Source: a virus. Taken from it: a stretch of 64,000 nucleotides of DNA. Positions 39,078 through 50,800 of the stretch are shown here, one piece after another. Within the stretch, counting starts at the first letter, position 1, and each line of letters begins with the position of its first letter. A program made the position numbers and the translations under genes. The notes under the pieces were generated by a model, which worked only from the letters and a program-made list of their open reading frames with translations, ran no database searches and was not told the DNA's origin. The stretch lies in the IMG/VR virus record IMGVR_UViG_3300028394_002659; one strand, 5' to 3'.

Positions 39078-40943
39078 ATGGCTGAATTTACATTTGATCT
39101 CAATCAACTCAATAGTTCTGCAACCGCTCTTGGTGCAGGTATCAATACCAACCTTTTTTCTCGCACTGCCGATTCAGACTTGACATATACAGGTAACGAT
39201 TATATAATTTGGGATAGAACCAATGCTGAACGTCTGCGTCGAGGGTTACCCAGCCTCACAAGCCTTGGATACCCAAGACCACCTGAAGACACTTCTGGAA
39301 CACAGGCACCGGCATCCTCAAATCTAACTCAAACAACTGCTCAAGGTACATCGTCCACGTTCTCGCTCAAAGGACCCCCGGGGCTCACTCGAGAACAGGC
39401 ATTTGCAATCTTCAAAAAACAAGCAGACACCGGAAGTCTAACAGGATTCAAACCAGGCGAAAGTTTATCTGCGGCTTCACAAGCAGCCGACGGCCTTGCA
39501 AGTGCCCAATCCGCCCTGCAACAAGCACAAGGCAGCCTGGCTGGTGCACTTGGCAGTGTGGGAAGCACTGTACCATTAGGATCTATTAGTACCTCTCTTG
39601 GTGGTGCAGGCGGAGCACTCGGAGGATCACTAGCAGGCATTGCCGCAGGATTAACTGCCGCAGTAGGTCCCGCGGTCTCGGCCATATCCGGTGCATTATC
39701 AAAGATACCCGGTGCCGCAGGAGCAGGCAACCCTTTGGTAAGTGCGGCAGTGATACAAGGATCCACAGCGGTTTCCTCTATTCAAACTATAAACAAAACC
39801 ATAACTGGCTTTCCTGTAACTAACCCTATCAACACTGCTGACTTCACAAAAGTGGCCAGCAGTATCACTGGTGCCGGTGCTGTGAGTGGCATTGGTCCCA
39901 TGAGCATACCAGAAGTAAATGGTGTGTTGGCACAGGCAAAGAATCTAGTGGGACAGGCCGCTGATGCTGTCAGCAACAGTAAGGGACTTGGATCATTTGG
40001 ATTTGACCTAAAACAGCTAGAGACCGCAGGCTATGTCAAACCTGGCGTGGCAGCCTTGGCAGCCAAGGGTGCTAGTTTATTTGCCAATGTGGTCAAGAGT
40101 CCGGCAGCCTGGACCGGGAAAGATGGCATCAAAGGTGTGGGTGATTTGTTAGGCAATGCCGGCAAACAAAGTCAAATACAGCAAGACCTTATGACCAAAG
40201 GTGTGGCAGGACTGGGTGCAGTAGGGGTGCCTGTGCAAAACTTATCCAGTCAGGGCATTGCCGGCATGGCACTGAATGCCGCCAAAAGTCTACCCAACGC
40301 AGAAGCATTTGCAAAAGGTTTACCTATTCCAGGCGATGCCACAGGCTCAATACAAGCAGCCTTTTCAAGTTCTGTGCGCGACAGTGCGTTCGCAGTAAAC
40401 TTGGTTAACACCAAGATACCCACAGCATTCAAACAACAAGATATTCCTGTGCCCAAGATAGACACAGTGAATCGAGCCACACTGGATGCTGCCAGCACCA
40501 GAGTAGTAGGTGATCCAAAAATCCCTGTGCCTAGTTACACAGCCAAGGCCAGTACAGGCACAGCACAAGAATACATAGATCGAGCCACAGCATATTTCAA
40601 CAATTACCTCAATCCCACTGGACAAAAGTTGGCCGCGCTGGATTCAAAATTTGCAGCCTTGGAGAATCAACAGACCATCACACAGGCGCAGTATGATGCG
40701 CTCAACTCTGAACGTGATGCCATCCGAAACTACTACAACATCAATGGTCTTCCTTTAGTTACAGCAATAGTTGACTCGTTCGCTACTCTGCCCGCCAGTG
40801 AACAGGCCACAATAAAAAGTACAGAATTCTCAGTTGATGCCATTGCCGCAAAAGTTCAAGCCACATTGGCATTATCAACTCAACAAAAACAAAGATTGTA
40901 TGCATTGAGTCTCAAGATTGAAGGGCGCGGCGCCAACGAATAA
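39078..40943 (+). CDS. Virion protein with a possible degenerate lysozyme-like domain
   Basis: GLGSFGF...QLETAGYVKPG...WTGKDGI segment; Ala/Gly-rich; lies between gp5 and gp25. Confidence 0.45.
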   Translation: MAEFTFDLNQLNSSATALGAGINTNLFSRTADSDLTYTGNDYIIWDRTNAERLRRGLPSLTSLGYPRPPEDTSGTQAPASSNLTQTTAQGTSSTFSLKGPPGLTREQAFAIFKKQADTGSLTGFKPGESLSAASQAADGLASAQSALQQAQGSLAGALGSVGSTVPLGSISTSLGGAGGALGGSLAGIAAGLTAAVGPAVSAISGALSKIPGAAGAGNPLVSAAVIQGSTAVSSIQTINKTITGFPVTNPINTADFTKVASSITGAGAVSGIGPMSIPEVNGVLAQAKNLVGQAADAVSNSKGLGSFGFDLKQLETAGYVKPGVAALAAKGASLFANVVKSPAAWTGKDGIKGVGDLLGNAGKQSQIQQDLMTKGVAGLGAVGVPVQNLSSQGIAGMALNAAKSLPNAEAFAKGLPIPGDATGSIQAAFSSSVRDSAFAVNLVNTKIPTAFKQQDIPVPKIDTVNRATLDAASTRVVGDPKIPVPSYTAKASTGTAQEYIDRATAYFNNYLNPTGQKLAALDSKFAALENQQTITQAQYDALNSERDAIRNYYNINGLPLVTAIVDSFATLPASEQATIKSTEFSVDAIAAKVQATLALSTQQKQRLYALSLKIEGRGANE

Positions 40944-40960
40944 GCACCCATAAATACCAC

Positions 40961-41338
40961 ATGGCACAAACATTCATTGGATTCAACACACAAAAACAAT
41001 ACAAAAAGTTCACTCTCACGGACTTTGAGTTGATCAAACGCGACCTGCTAAACGCATTTAATATACGTCAAGGGCAACTGCCCGGTCGCCCCGCGTACGG
41101 AACTACCTTGTGGGACTTCTTGTTTGAGAATCAATTGGAAGACTTGCAAACCAACATAGTGACAGAGATTCAACGAGTGGCCGGCGGCGATCCAAGAATC
41201 TACATCAGTGACACACAGGTATATCCACAAGAGAATGGCATACTACTTGAAATTCAACTGGCAGTGGTGCCTAGCACAGAAGCACAAAGGCTGAGTATTT
41301 TCTTTAATTTAGAACAACGTTCAGCATCATACGTATAA
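40961..41338 (+). CDS. gp25: Baseplate wedge subunit gp25
   Basis: LIKRDLLNAFNIRQG..PGRPAYGT.LWD.LFE and DPR. Confidence 0.9.
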   Translation: MAQTFIGFNTQKQYKKFTLTDFELIKRDLLNAFNIRQGQLPGRPAYGTTLWDFLFENQLEDLQTNIVTEIQRVAGGDPRIYISDTQVYPQENGILLEIQLAVVPSTEAQRLSIFFNLEQRSASYV

Positions 41339-41385
41339 ACTGAGCGGTTTTTAACTTCCATAAATAAAAGAAGAGGCTCAGTACA

Positions 41386-44300
41386 ATGGCAAAAACAACT
41401 AGACAAACAGCGATATTTGGCGTAGAAGATTGGAAACAAATCTATCAAACCTATCGCGAAGCCGATTTTCAAAGTTATGATTTTGAAACTCTGCGCAAAA
41501 GTTTTGTTGATTACCTGCGTTTGTACTACCCAGAAACATTCAATGACTACATTGAATCGTCAGAATACATTGCTCTATTAGACGTTATTGCGTTCATGGG
41601 ACAGGCACTGGCCTTCCGTACAGATCTAAACACTAGAGAAAACTACATGGACACGGCAGAACGTCGTGATTCAGTGGTACGCCTGGCCAACTTGGTCAGT
41701 TACACTGCCAAACGCAACGTTGCCGCACAAGGGCTACTCAAAGTATTTTCAGTTACCACAACAGAAAACGTTGTGGACTACCAAGGCGTAAATTTAGCAA
41801 ATTTCACAATCAACTGGGCTGACCAAACCAATCCAGACTGGCAAGAACAATTCACCACAGTTATCAATGCCAGTTTGGTTGATACACAAAAAGTCGGACG
41901 ACCTGGCAACAAACAAACTATATTAGGTGTAGTTACCAGCGAGTATGGTATCAATCTAGTGCCGGGATATTTGCCAGTGGTACCGTATACTGCCACAGTA
42001 GACGGTGTGAACATGCCATTTGAAGCCATGACATCCACATCAGTAGGCGAAACTTACGTGTACGAGCCGCCGCCACAGGCCAATCAACCATTCAACATCT
42101 TGTTCCGTAACGACAGCCTGGGATTTCAATCAGCCAACACTGGTTACTTCTTTATGTTCAAACAAGGCGTGTTACAGAACCAAGACTTTAACTTGGCTGA
42201 AAAAGTCAGCAACCGTACTGTAAACATCAACATTGAAGGCGTCAACAATGAAGATCGTTGGTTGTTCCAGTTAGACAACGTGGGCAACATCAATCGCGAA
42301 TGGGCATATACTGAAAACATTTACTCTGCTGGTGCCGAGCAAGTGGGCACCACCCTTCGTCCTATCTATACTGTTACATCAAGAACCAACGACCAAATTA
42401 CCATGGTGTTTGGCGATGGTGTGTTCTCAGAAATTCCAGTAGGCACATTCCGTGCTTATGTTCGTGCATCAAACGGTTTACAATACATCATTAATCCTGC
42501 AGAAATGCAGGCCGTACAAATTCCAATCAGTTATATCAGTCGTGCTGGCAATCTTGAAACACTGACATTCACTTGTGGCATTACTCAACCTGTTTCAAAC
42601 AGTCAAGCACGTGAAACTATTGATGCTATCAAACAACGTGCTCCTGCCCGCTATTACACACAAGACCGTATGGTCAACGGAGAAGATTACAACCTCTTTC
42701 CATACACACAATACAACTCAATTGTCAAAAGCAAGGCCCTAAATCGTGCATCAATTGGCACAAGTCGTTACCTTGACTTGGTTGACAACACAGGCAAGTA
42801 TTCCAGCACCAACAGTTTTGGCAGCGACGGCGGCTTGTGGGAACAAAACATTCTTCCCACTATCTTGTTCTCCTGGACCAATCGCAATGAGATTGCTGAT
42901 TTCACTACCAATCAAGTTCAGCCGGCCATTGGTGCAAACACCATGCGCCAGTTTTATTATGAAAACTTCCCAAGAGTCACAGACACTTCATTGCCCACAT
43001 ATGGCGGCACAACCTGGGTCACTGACGCAAGTTGGACACAAAGTACTACACTGGCTAACGAAACTACTGGATACTTTAAAAATGCAGTTTATTCAACTGC
43101 CTGGCCCACGGGCTCACCTATTCCGGTAGGCACAACCACAACCACAGCATTCAAATATGTGGCTGTGGGAAGCTTGATTAAGTTTGTACCGCCCACTGGT
43201 TACTATTTTGATAAAAACAACAAGTTACAACAGGGTACACCAACTTCAACAGATCAGACATTGGAAATTTGGGCCAGCCCAATCAGTATTGAAGGGTCGG
43301 GCTACAACAACGGCCTTGGCAACTTGCCTTCTGGTGCAGGCCCTGTGGCACTCAATAATTTTGTGCCCACAGGCGCACTGGTTGACACTATTATTCCGTT
43401 ATTTGTCACTGACTTACCGGTGAGTATAGAACAAAGTATTGCCGAACAAATTTTGTTGAATCGAAATTTTGGCTTGGGGTATGACAACAACGGCGACATT
43501 ACTGGCACACCTAATACTTGGTATCTAATTACCAGCACCAACCTAGCACAGGATTCGACCTGGAGTCAGGCGTATGCCGGCAACACATCAGGCACTAATC
43601 AGGATGCATCCTGGTTGATACAATTTGTTGTACAAAATCAAAACTATACAGTGACCTTTCGTGGACTTGCATACTCATTTGGATCAGTGTTACAAACACG
43701 ATTCTTCTACTATGATGGTGGACAAATTTATGACAGCCGCACAGGCACAGTGATCAAAGACTTTATCAATGTGCTGGCAGTGAATACTCAGCCAGATTCC
43801 ACAGATCACTTGTCTGGTGATATCTACATGACCATTATTGGACAGCCTGTAGAGAGCGACGGCTATGTTGATGACTTCCAGGTCCTGGTAGGATATCGAG
43901 ACAGTGACAATGATGGTGTGCCTGATAATCCAGACTTCTTTAGTGAGATTGTTGCACCAACTGTAAACTCCACACAAAAATATATCTATCTCCAAAAGAC
44001 TGTGGACTTTGATAACCTGCAACGCTACCTGTTGGTAGAGCCAGGTGTGGTGACCAGTGACTATGGCACCCTTGACGAGATTGAATTGCAAAAAAGTGCT
44101 TGGACTCCGGGCCAAGTATTTTATGCCTACGAGCAAGAGGCTTTCTATCAGTTGTCAGTGAATTACATAGGAACAAGAACCTTGGTTGACGTCACTGATG
44201 AATGGATTGCCAGAACTGGTCGTCAAGCATTGTATTTCCAATATCGTCACAACGCACCTTTGACTTCACGTATTGACCCAGGCACAACCAACATCATTGA

Positions 44301-44862
44301 CTTGTATGTTGTTACATTGAGTTATTATACTGCTTATCAAAACTGGATTCGTGATACAACAGGTACTGTAGTAGAACCTGATGTGCCCACTATTGATGAG
44401 TTGTCAACTGAATACCAAGGCCTACAAAATTACAAAATGTTGAGTGACAATATTATTTTAAATTCAGTGATATTCAAACCCTTGTTTGGCCAAAAAGCCG
44501 CACAAGAATTACGTGCCACAATCAAAGTGATTCGGGCACAAGGATCAACTGCTAGTACCAGTGAAATCAAAAGCAGTGTAGTTACTGCAATGAACACATA
44601 CTTTTCAATTGACAAGTGGAACTTTGGGGACACCTTCTACTTCTCAGAACTTGCCGCATACCTACACAGAGAACTTGGAACAATTGTTAGTTCAGTGGTT
44701 TTGGTACCACTCAACAGCCAAAAGTACTTTGGCGATCTATACGAGATTCGTTCAGCACCAAATGAAATATTTGTAAATGGTGCCACAATCAACAACATTG
44801 AAGTTATTGAAGCATTGACCAGTACTAACTTACGTACCGCACCTGGTAGCGGAGTAATTTAA
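41386..44862 (+). CDS. gp6: Baseplate wedge subunit gp6
   Basis: DFETLR, ENYMDTAERRDSV.RLA.LVSY, FGDGVF..IP and ET.DAIK.RAP..Y..QDRMV..EDY. Confidence 0.9.
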   Translation: MAKTTRQTAIFGVEDWKQIYQTYREADFQSYDFETLRKSFVDYLRLYYPETFNDYIESSEYIALLDVIAFMGQALAFRTDLNTRENYMDTAERRDSVVRLANLVSYTAKRNVAAQGLLKVFSVTTTENVVDYQGVNLANFTINWADQTNPDWQEQFTTVINASLVDTQKVGRPGNKQTILGVVTSEYGINLVPGYLPVVPYTATVDGVNMPFEAMTSTSVGETYVYEPPPQANQPFNILFRNDSLGFQSANTGYFFMFKQGVLQNQDFNLAEKVSNRTVNINIEGVNNEDRWLFQLDNVGNINREWAYTENIYSAGAEQVGTTLRPIYTVTSRTNDQITMVFGDGVFSEIPVGTFRAYVRASNGLQYIINPAEMQAVQIPISYISRAGNLETLTFTCGITQPVSNSQARETIDAIKQRAPARYYTQDRMVNGEDYNLFPYTQYNSIVKSKALNRASIGTSRYLDLVDNTGKYSSTNSFGSDGGLWEQNILPTILFSWTNRNEIADFTTNQVQPAIGANTMRQFYYENFPRVTDTSLPTYGGTTWVTDASWTQSTTLANETTGYFKNAVYSTAWPTGSPIPVGTTTTTAFKYVAVGSLIKFVPPTGYYFDKNNKLQQGTPTSTDQTLEIWASPISIEGSGYNNGLGNLPSGAGPVALNNFVPTGALVDTIIPLFVTDLPVSIEQSIAEQILLNRNFGLGYDNNGDITGTPNTWYLITSTNLAQDSTWSQAYAGNTSGTNQDASWLIQFVVQNQNYTVTFRGLAYSFGSVLQTRFFYYDGGQIYDSRTGTVIKDFINVLAVNTQPDSTDHLSGDIYMTIIGQPVESDGYVDDFQVLVGYRDSDNDGVPDNPDFFSEIVAPTVNSTQKYIYLQKTVDFDNLQRYLLVEPGVVTSDYGTLDEIELQKSAWTPGQVFYAYEQEAFYQLSVNYIGTRTLVDVTDEWIARTGRQALYFQYRHNAPLTSRIDPGTTNIIDLYVVTLSYYTAYQNWIRDTTGTVVEPDVPTIDELSTEYQGLQNYKMLSDNIILNSVIFKPLFGQKAAQELRATIKVIRAQGSTASTSEIKSSVVTAMNTYFSIDKWNFGDTFYFSELAAYLHRELGTIVSSVVLVPLNSQKYFGDLYEIRSAPNEIFVNGATINNIEVIEALTSTNLRTAPGSGVI

Positions 44863-47800
44863 TGGCCAACACACGTAGCGTAGATTTTCTTCCTGAAATT
44901 TTTCAGACCGATGCCAACAAACAATTTTTGGCCGCCACTCTTGATCAACTGATCCAAGAGCCTAACTTTAGAAAAACACAAGGTTTTATTGGTCGTACAG
45001 TTGGCCCAGGTGTAAACCCCAACGACAAGTATGTGGTTGAACCCACAAAAACACGGGCAGACTATCAACTTGAGCCAGGCGTGGTCAGTCTGGTGCCTGA
45101 TACTGATACTATCAAAAATGCCATTACCTATCCTGGATTGAATGATGCAGTAAGTTTCCAAGGCGGCAACGGTGGCCGCCCAGACAGATTATATTCAAGT
45201 GAATATTATACCTGGGATCCGTTTGTTGATTTTGATGCATTTATAAATTTCAGCCAATACTATTGGATTCCTGGCGGTCTAGCCGCAGTTGATGTGGCAT
45301 CTGCTGGTATTTCCACCACAGACAATTTTGTAGTAACCACCAACAACAGTGCTTACAATTTTTCAGGCGTCAATGGCAACAATCCTGTGATTGAATTGGT
45401 GCGTGGCGGCAGTTACACGTTCCAAGTATCAGATGAATTTTGGATACAGTCAGCACCAGGTATATCAGGTACAATACCTGCCACTCCAAACATTAGCAGT
45501 AGAGATGTTTACGGAGTGGCCAACAACGGTGAAACATCAGGTACTGTGATTTTTAATGCTCCACTAAAGGATGCACAAAGTTTTTATTACAATCTAACCA
45601 GTATTGGCACCATTGATTTGGTAACTGAATTGGCTTACAATGATATTAACGGACAACCATTGATTGATTTTGTTGTTGCAACAGGCGGCATCGATGGTGT
45701 AACCAATTTAAACAATCGCACGTTGATTTTTATTGACAACCCTGCACTCACACAAAAATATCAAATTACCTATGTCACTGTTGACAGTGTGGTTTACCTA
45801 CAACTGGCAGAAATTGCAACAATCAACAGCCTGGAAAAATGGATCACCAGTTACGGCACAGTTTACAGTAATACTCAATGGTACAAAGATCCGGCTGGCG
45901 TTATTCGCAGTATTCCATTGTTGAGTGCGGTACAAGATACATTGTACTATCAGTCTGGAACCAATTCAGAAATTTTTGGTCGTATTCTTTTGGTTGAGCC
46001 GGGCAACAGTAGCACGCTCGATGTTGACAGTATCATTGGTCAAGAAACATACACCAGTCCCAATGGAGTAGCGTTTACCAATGGTCTCAAAGTACGATTC
46101 ACTGGAGATGTTGTGCCTGCTAGTTATGGATCAGGCACAAGCACTTTCCAATGTACTGCTACAGAAGCCGGCACAAACTATATCACTTATTACAATGCAA
46201 CCTACTTGTATGTTGGGCAAGGAGTTGTGTTTTTAGCCACAACCCTTGGAGGTCTCGAACCAGGCACAACTTACTATGTGAGATCCATTGCGGTCAACGG
46301 ACTGAAATTTACTGTGAGTGCAGTACCCAATGGTCCAGCAGTGACACTACAAACTGGCACAGGTACTATGAATGCAATTGCGGTTAGCAATCATGAATAT
46401 TATGTAAGTGGAGTAGGTACTGCAATTGAATTGTTGCCTGTTGAAAATTTTGCAGTGTACGAAAGTTATGCAACTGATTATACTGACAGTACCATTGCTG
46501 TGGAGCCAGCAGATATAGATTATCTAACCATCAGTCGCGCCAGCAAGGATCTAAATGCCTGGACAAGAAGCAATCGTTGGTTTCATATCGATGTGATCAA
46601 TGCCACAGCCACATATAATAACACAGCCGCAGACATTGACAACAATTTCCGTGCCAAGAGACCAATCATACAATTTCGTCCAGGCATACGACTATGGAAC
46701 ATGGGAACCCGTGGTAAAGCACCGGTGGATATCATTGACTTTACTGAAACTGATGCGTTTTCAAATGTGGAGGGATCTACTGGTTACACAACTGACGGTT
46801 ATACCCTGGTAGAAGGCTCACGAGTTATTTTTGCCGCAGACGAAGATTTAAATGTACGTGATAAAATTTATGTAGTAAGTTTTGCAACGCCTGACACTGT
46901 GCCTCCGTTGATTACACAACCAATTATTGTGTTGACCGAAGCCACTGATGGTGCAGTTCAACTAGATGAGTCCACTGTGTGTATAGATGGTGACACCATT
47001 GCCGGACTAACATTCTGGTTTGATGGAACTGCCTGGATTGAAGCACAACAAAAAATCAGTGTACAACAGGCACCGTTATACAACGTATACGATATAGATG
47101 GTGTGAGTTTTGGCGATCGAGTCAAGTATCAATCCAGTGACTTTGTGGGCTCAAAATTGTTCAGTTATGCTGTGGGCGACACAACCATACTTGATACCGT
47201 TTTGCAATTTCCTTTACAATACCTTAACATCAACAACGTTGGTGATATTCTGTTTGACAACAACCTGTACGTTGACACATTCACTTATACAATTGACAAT
47301 GTCAGCACAGCAACTCCTATCAGTTCGGGCGCCGCAAGAGAGTATGAAGATCGCGTAACTTATTACAAGTTAATTGGTTGGCAAACTGCGGTAGTTGAAC
47401 AACAAATCTATCAACAGTTTAAATTTACTTACACAGGACAGAGTCTCAAACTTGATATTGCAGTGACATCACAAACTGTAATTGCAGTTCCTGTGATAAA
47501 AATCTATGTTGGCAGTGTGTTTATTGATCCCAGCACGTATACCTATACTGTTGGCACAAACAGTACAGTTATTACACTGACTAACACCTACTTGCCTACA
47601 GATATTATTGAAGTATTGGCATTGAGCGATCAAACCAGCACAGTAGGTTTTTATCAGGTGCCAGATAATTTACAAAGTAATCCTCTCAATGCAAACAGCC
47701 CTGCATTTACATTAGGTACTATTCGTACTCATTACGAAACCATTTGTGAAAACTTATTGGACTTGACCGGACCAATCAACGGATCAAACAACAGTCGTGA

Positions 47801-50800
47801 CCTTGGCAATATTGTTCCGTACGGCCTTGAAATTCTACAACAAAGCGCACCGTTGACCCTGGCTGGCTACTTCATGCGTAGTCCCAGTTACAATATATTT
47901 GCATCTTTGCAATATAATAGCCGTGAGTATACTAAATTCAAAGCGCAAATGCTGGATGCAGTGTTGACTCAAAACAACATTGCTTTTAAAACCACTGCCA
48001 CAATTCTCGATCAAGCCATACAAGATATCACCCTGGGCAAATTAGAAACTCAACCTTTCTACTGGAGTGACATGATCCCACAAGGCGTCACAAGTTATAG
48101 CAATACCTACACTGTGGGTCTAACCACTAGAGCCACATTTGATACTGTACAAGTGTACAACTACACATCAGCCAACTACCTTGGACTTTGTGTATATCTA
48201 AATGATGAGATATTGACCAGAGATCTAGAATATGTTGTGGCCACCGACGGCCCAAGACTAACAATATCAGCGACTCTCGCAGTTGGCGACACAGTCACAA
48301 TCAATGAATACAGTGCCACCTATGGAAATTTTGTACCCAATACTCCTAGTAAAATGGGCCTGTATCCAAAATATGAACCAGAGATAACAACACTGGTAAC
48401 TTCGAATGGCACAGGCGAATTTATTATCGGACACGACGGCAGTGAAACTCCGGTGTTTGGAGACATACGAGACCAAGTGTTGCTAGAATTTGAAACAAGA
48501 ATCTACAACAATATCAAACAAGATGGCAACCCTGTACCTCTCACAATAGAAAATGTATTGCCCGGACAGTTCCGTGACACAGGATATACCTTTGAAGAAA
48601 TTAACAATATCTTTGCCGAGGACTTGTTGAGTTACTGCGGATGGAACAAACTAAATTACAAAGAACAAACATTTAGTGCCACCAATGAGTTTACCTGGAA
48701 CTATAGTGGCACTACCAACCGCCTCAACAACGAAAATTTACTAGGCGCATGGCGCGGTATCTATCGCTACTTCTATGATACTCAACAGCCCGAGTACACA
48801 CCCTGGGAAATGTTGGGCTTAGAAATTGAACCCACCTGGTGGCAAGATCGTTATGGTCCAGCGCCGTATACCGCAGACAACTTGGTGTTGTGGGACGACT
48901 TGGAAGCCGGCCTTGTGGCAGATCCTGTTGTGCCTTATTACAAGCCTAATTACGCAAGACCGGGGTTGACATCGGTCATACCCACAGGCGGTGAAGGCGA
49001 GTTGCTGAGCCCACAAAACAGTGTTGTGGGCGGCGTGCCATTGAATCAAAATGTCAGCGCCAGATATCAAAAGAGTTGGGCCATTGGCGACGGTGGCCCA
49101 GTTGAAGCGTCATGGTGGAATTCCAGTTCATATCCTTTCTCGGTAATGCATGTGTTGGCAGTTACTCGTCCGGCCGAGTTCTTTGCGTTGTTTGCCGATC
49201 GTGATTTGTACAAGTTCGATACTGACTACAATCAATATCTCTATAATCAACGGTATAGATTGGATGCCAATGGTATTGAAGTGTATGGCAACGACGTCAG
49301 CAAAGCCAGTTACATTAACTGGATTGTAGATTACAATAGACAAACAGGTATCAACTCAACCGATCTTTTGACTGCGGATCTTGCGGCATTGGATGTTAGA
49401 TTATGCTATAGAATGGCCAGTTACTCAGACAAACAATATGTCAAATTGGTTACTGAGAAGTCTAGTCCCAACAGTACCAACACAACGCTGACGATTCCAG
49501 ACGAAAGTTACAACATCTTGTTGTACAAAAATCAGCCGTTTGATCAGATACGATACAGCAGTGTGGCTGTGCAAAAAGTTGACGGTGGCGGATACGCTGT
49601 ATTTGGTTATGGCACAACACAACCGTATTTTGAAATACTACAAAGCCAAGCAGTGGGCAAACTGCAAGAATACAGCGCCGGCGGTATCACTGTGCTTGTA
49701 CCAACTTTTTATTCAGACAATGTGACACAGGTTCCGTATGGATTTGTGTTTGTGAATGAAACCGCAGTGAGTGATTTCTTGCTGAGTTACGGCAAACTGT
49801 TGGAAACCCAAGGACTAACATTTACCGACAGAGCCAATGGTTACACACTAGACTGGCCAAGAATGGTCACGGAATTCTTGTACTGGAGCCAACAAGGCTG
49901 GGGCACAAATGCCATTATCAATTTGAATCCATTGGCTGGAGGGCTGACTGTTACTCGACCAGGTGCAGTGGTCGACAGCATTGTGACCGAAACTAGCGAA
50001 AACTTATTACTGGATCAAAATTCAAACGAAATACCCACACGTTCATTAAATGTTGTTCGCCTGGGAAATACATTCACTATTCAGCCACTGACCACACAAA
50101 GCATCAGTTATATCAATTTGAGATTTACCAACTACGAACACATGATGGTACTGAACAACAAGAGCGTGTTTGGAGATTTGATTTATAATCCAGTCACTGG
50201 AGCAAGACAAAGTAGATTGACACTGGTGGCAGTGACCACCAGCGACTGGAACGGAAGTGTAGATACTCCTGGATTTATTTTAAATCAAGACAATGTTCAA
50301 GAGTGGACAGGATTAAGAACTTATAGCAAGGGCGAAATTGTCAAGTATAAAAACGTATACTGGTCGGCCCTGACCATTGTGCAACCCAGTGTAAAGTTTG
50401 ACTTCAATACTTGGACACAAAGCGACTACACACAAATTGAACTTGGATTGTTACCCAACCTGGCCAACAAAGCCGACCAACTGGCCAACAGTTACAACAT
50501 CAATGCTGCCAACATTGAAACAGACAATGATTTGTTATCTTATGGCTTGATTGGATTCAAACCACGTCAGTACCTGGCTGCGTTGAATCTTGACGATGTG
50601 AGTCAGGTCAATGTTTATAGACAATTCCTAGGCACCAAAGGTACTAGACTGGCCACAGACTTGTTCAAGTCTGCCAACCTAGGTAAAGAAGCCGCTGACT
50701 ACACAATCTATGAAAACTGGGCAGTACAACGTGCGACATATGGTGCCAATGCCAATCGTAGTTTTGTTGAATTGCGTTTGAACCGTGCGTTGTTGAGTGC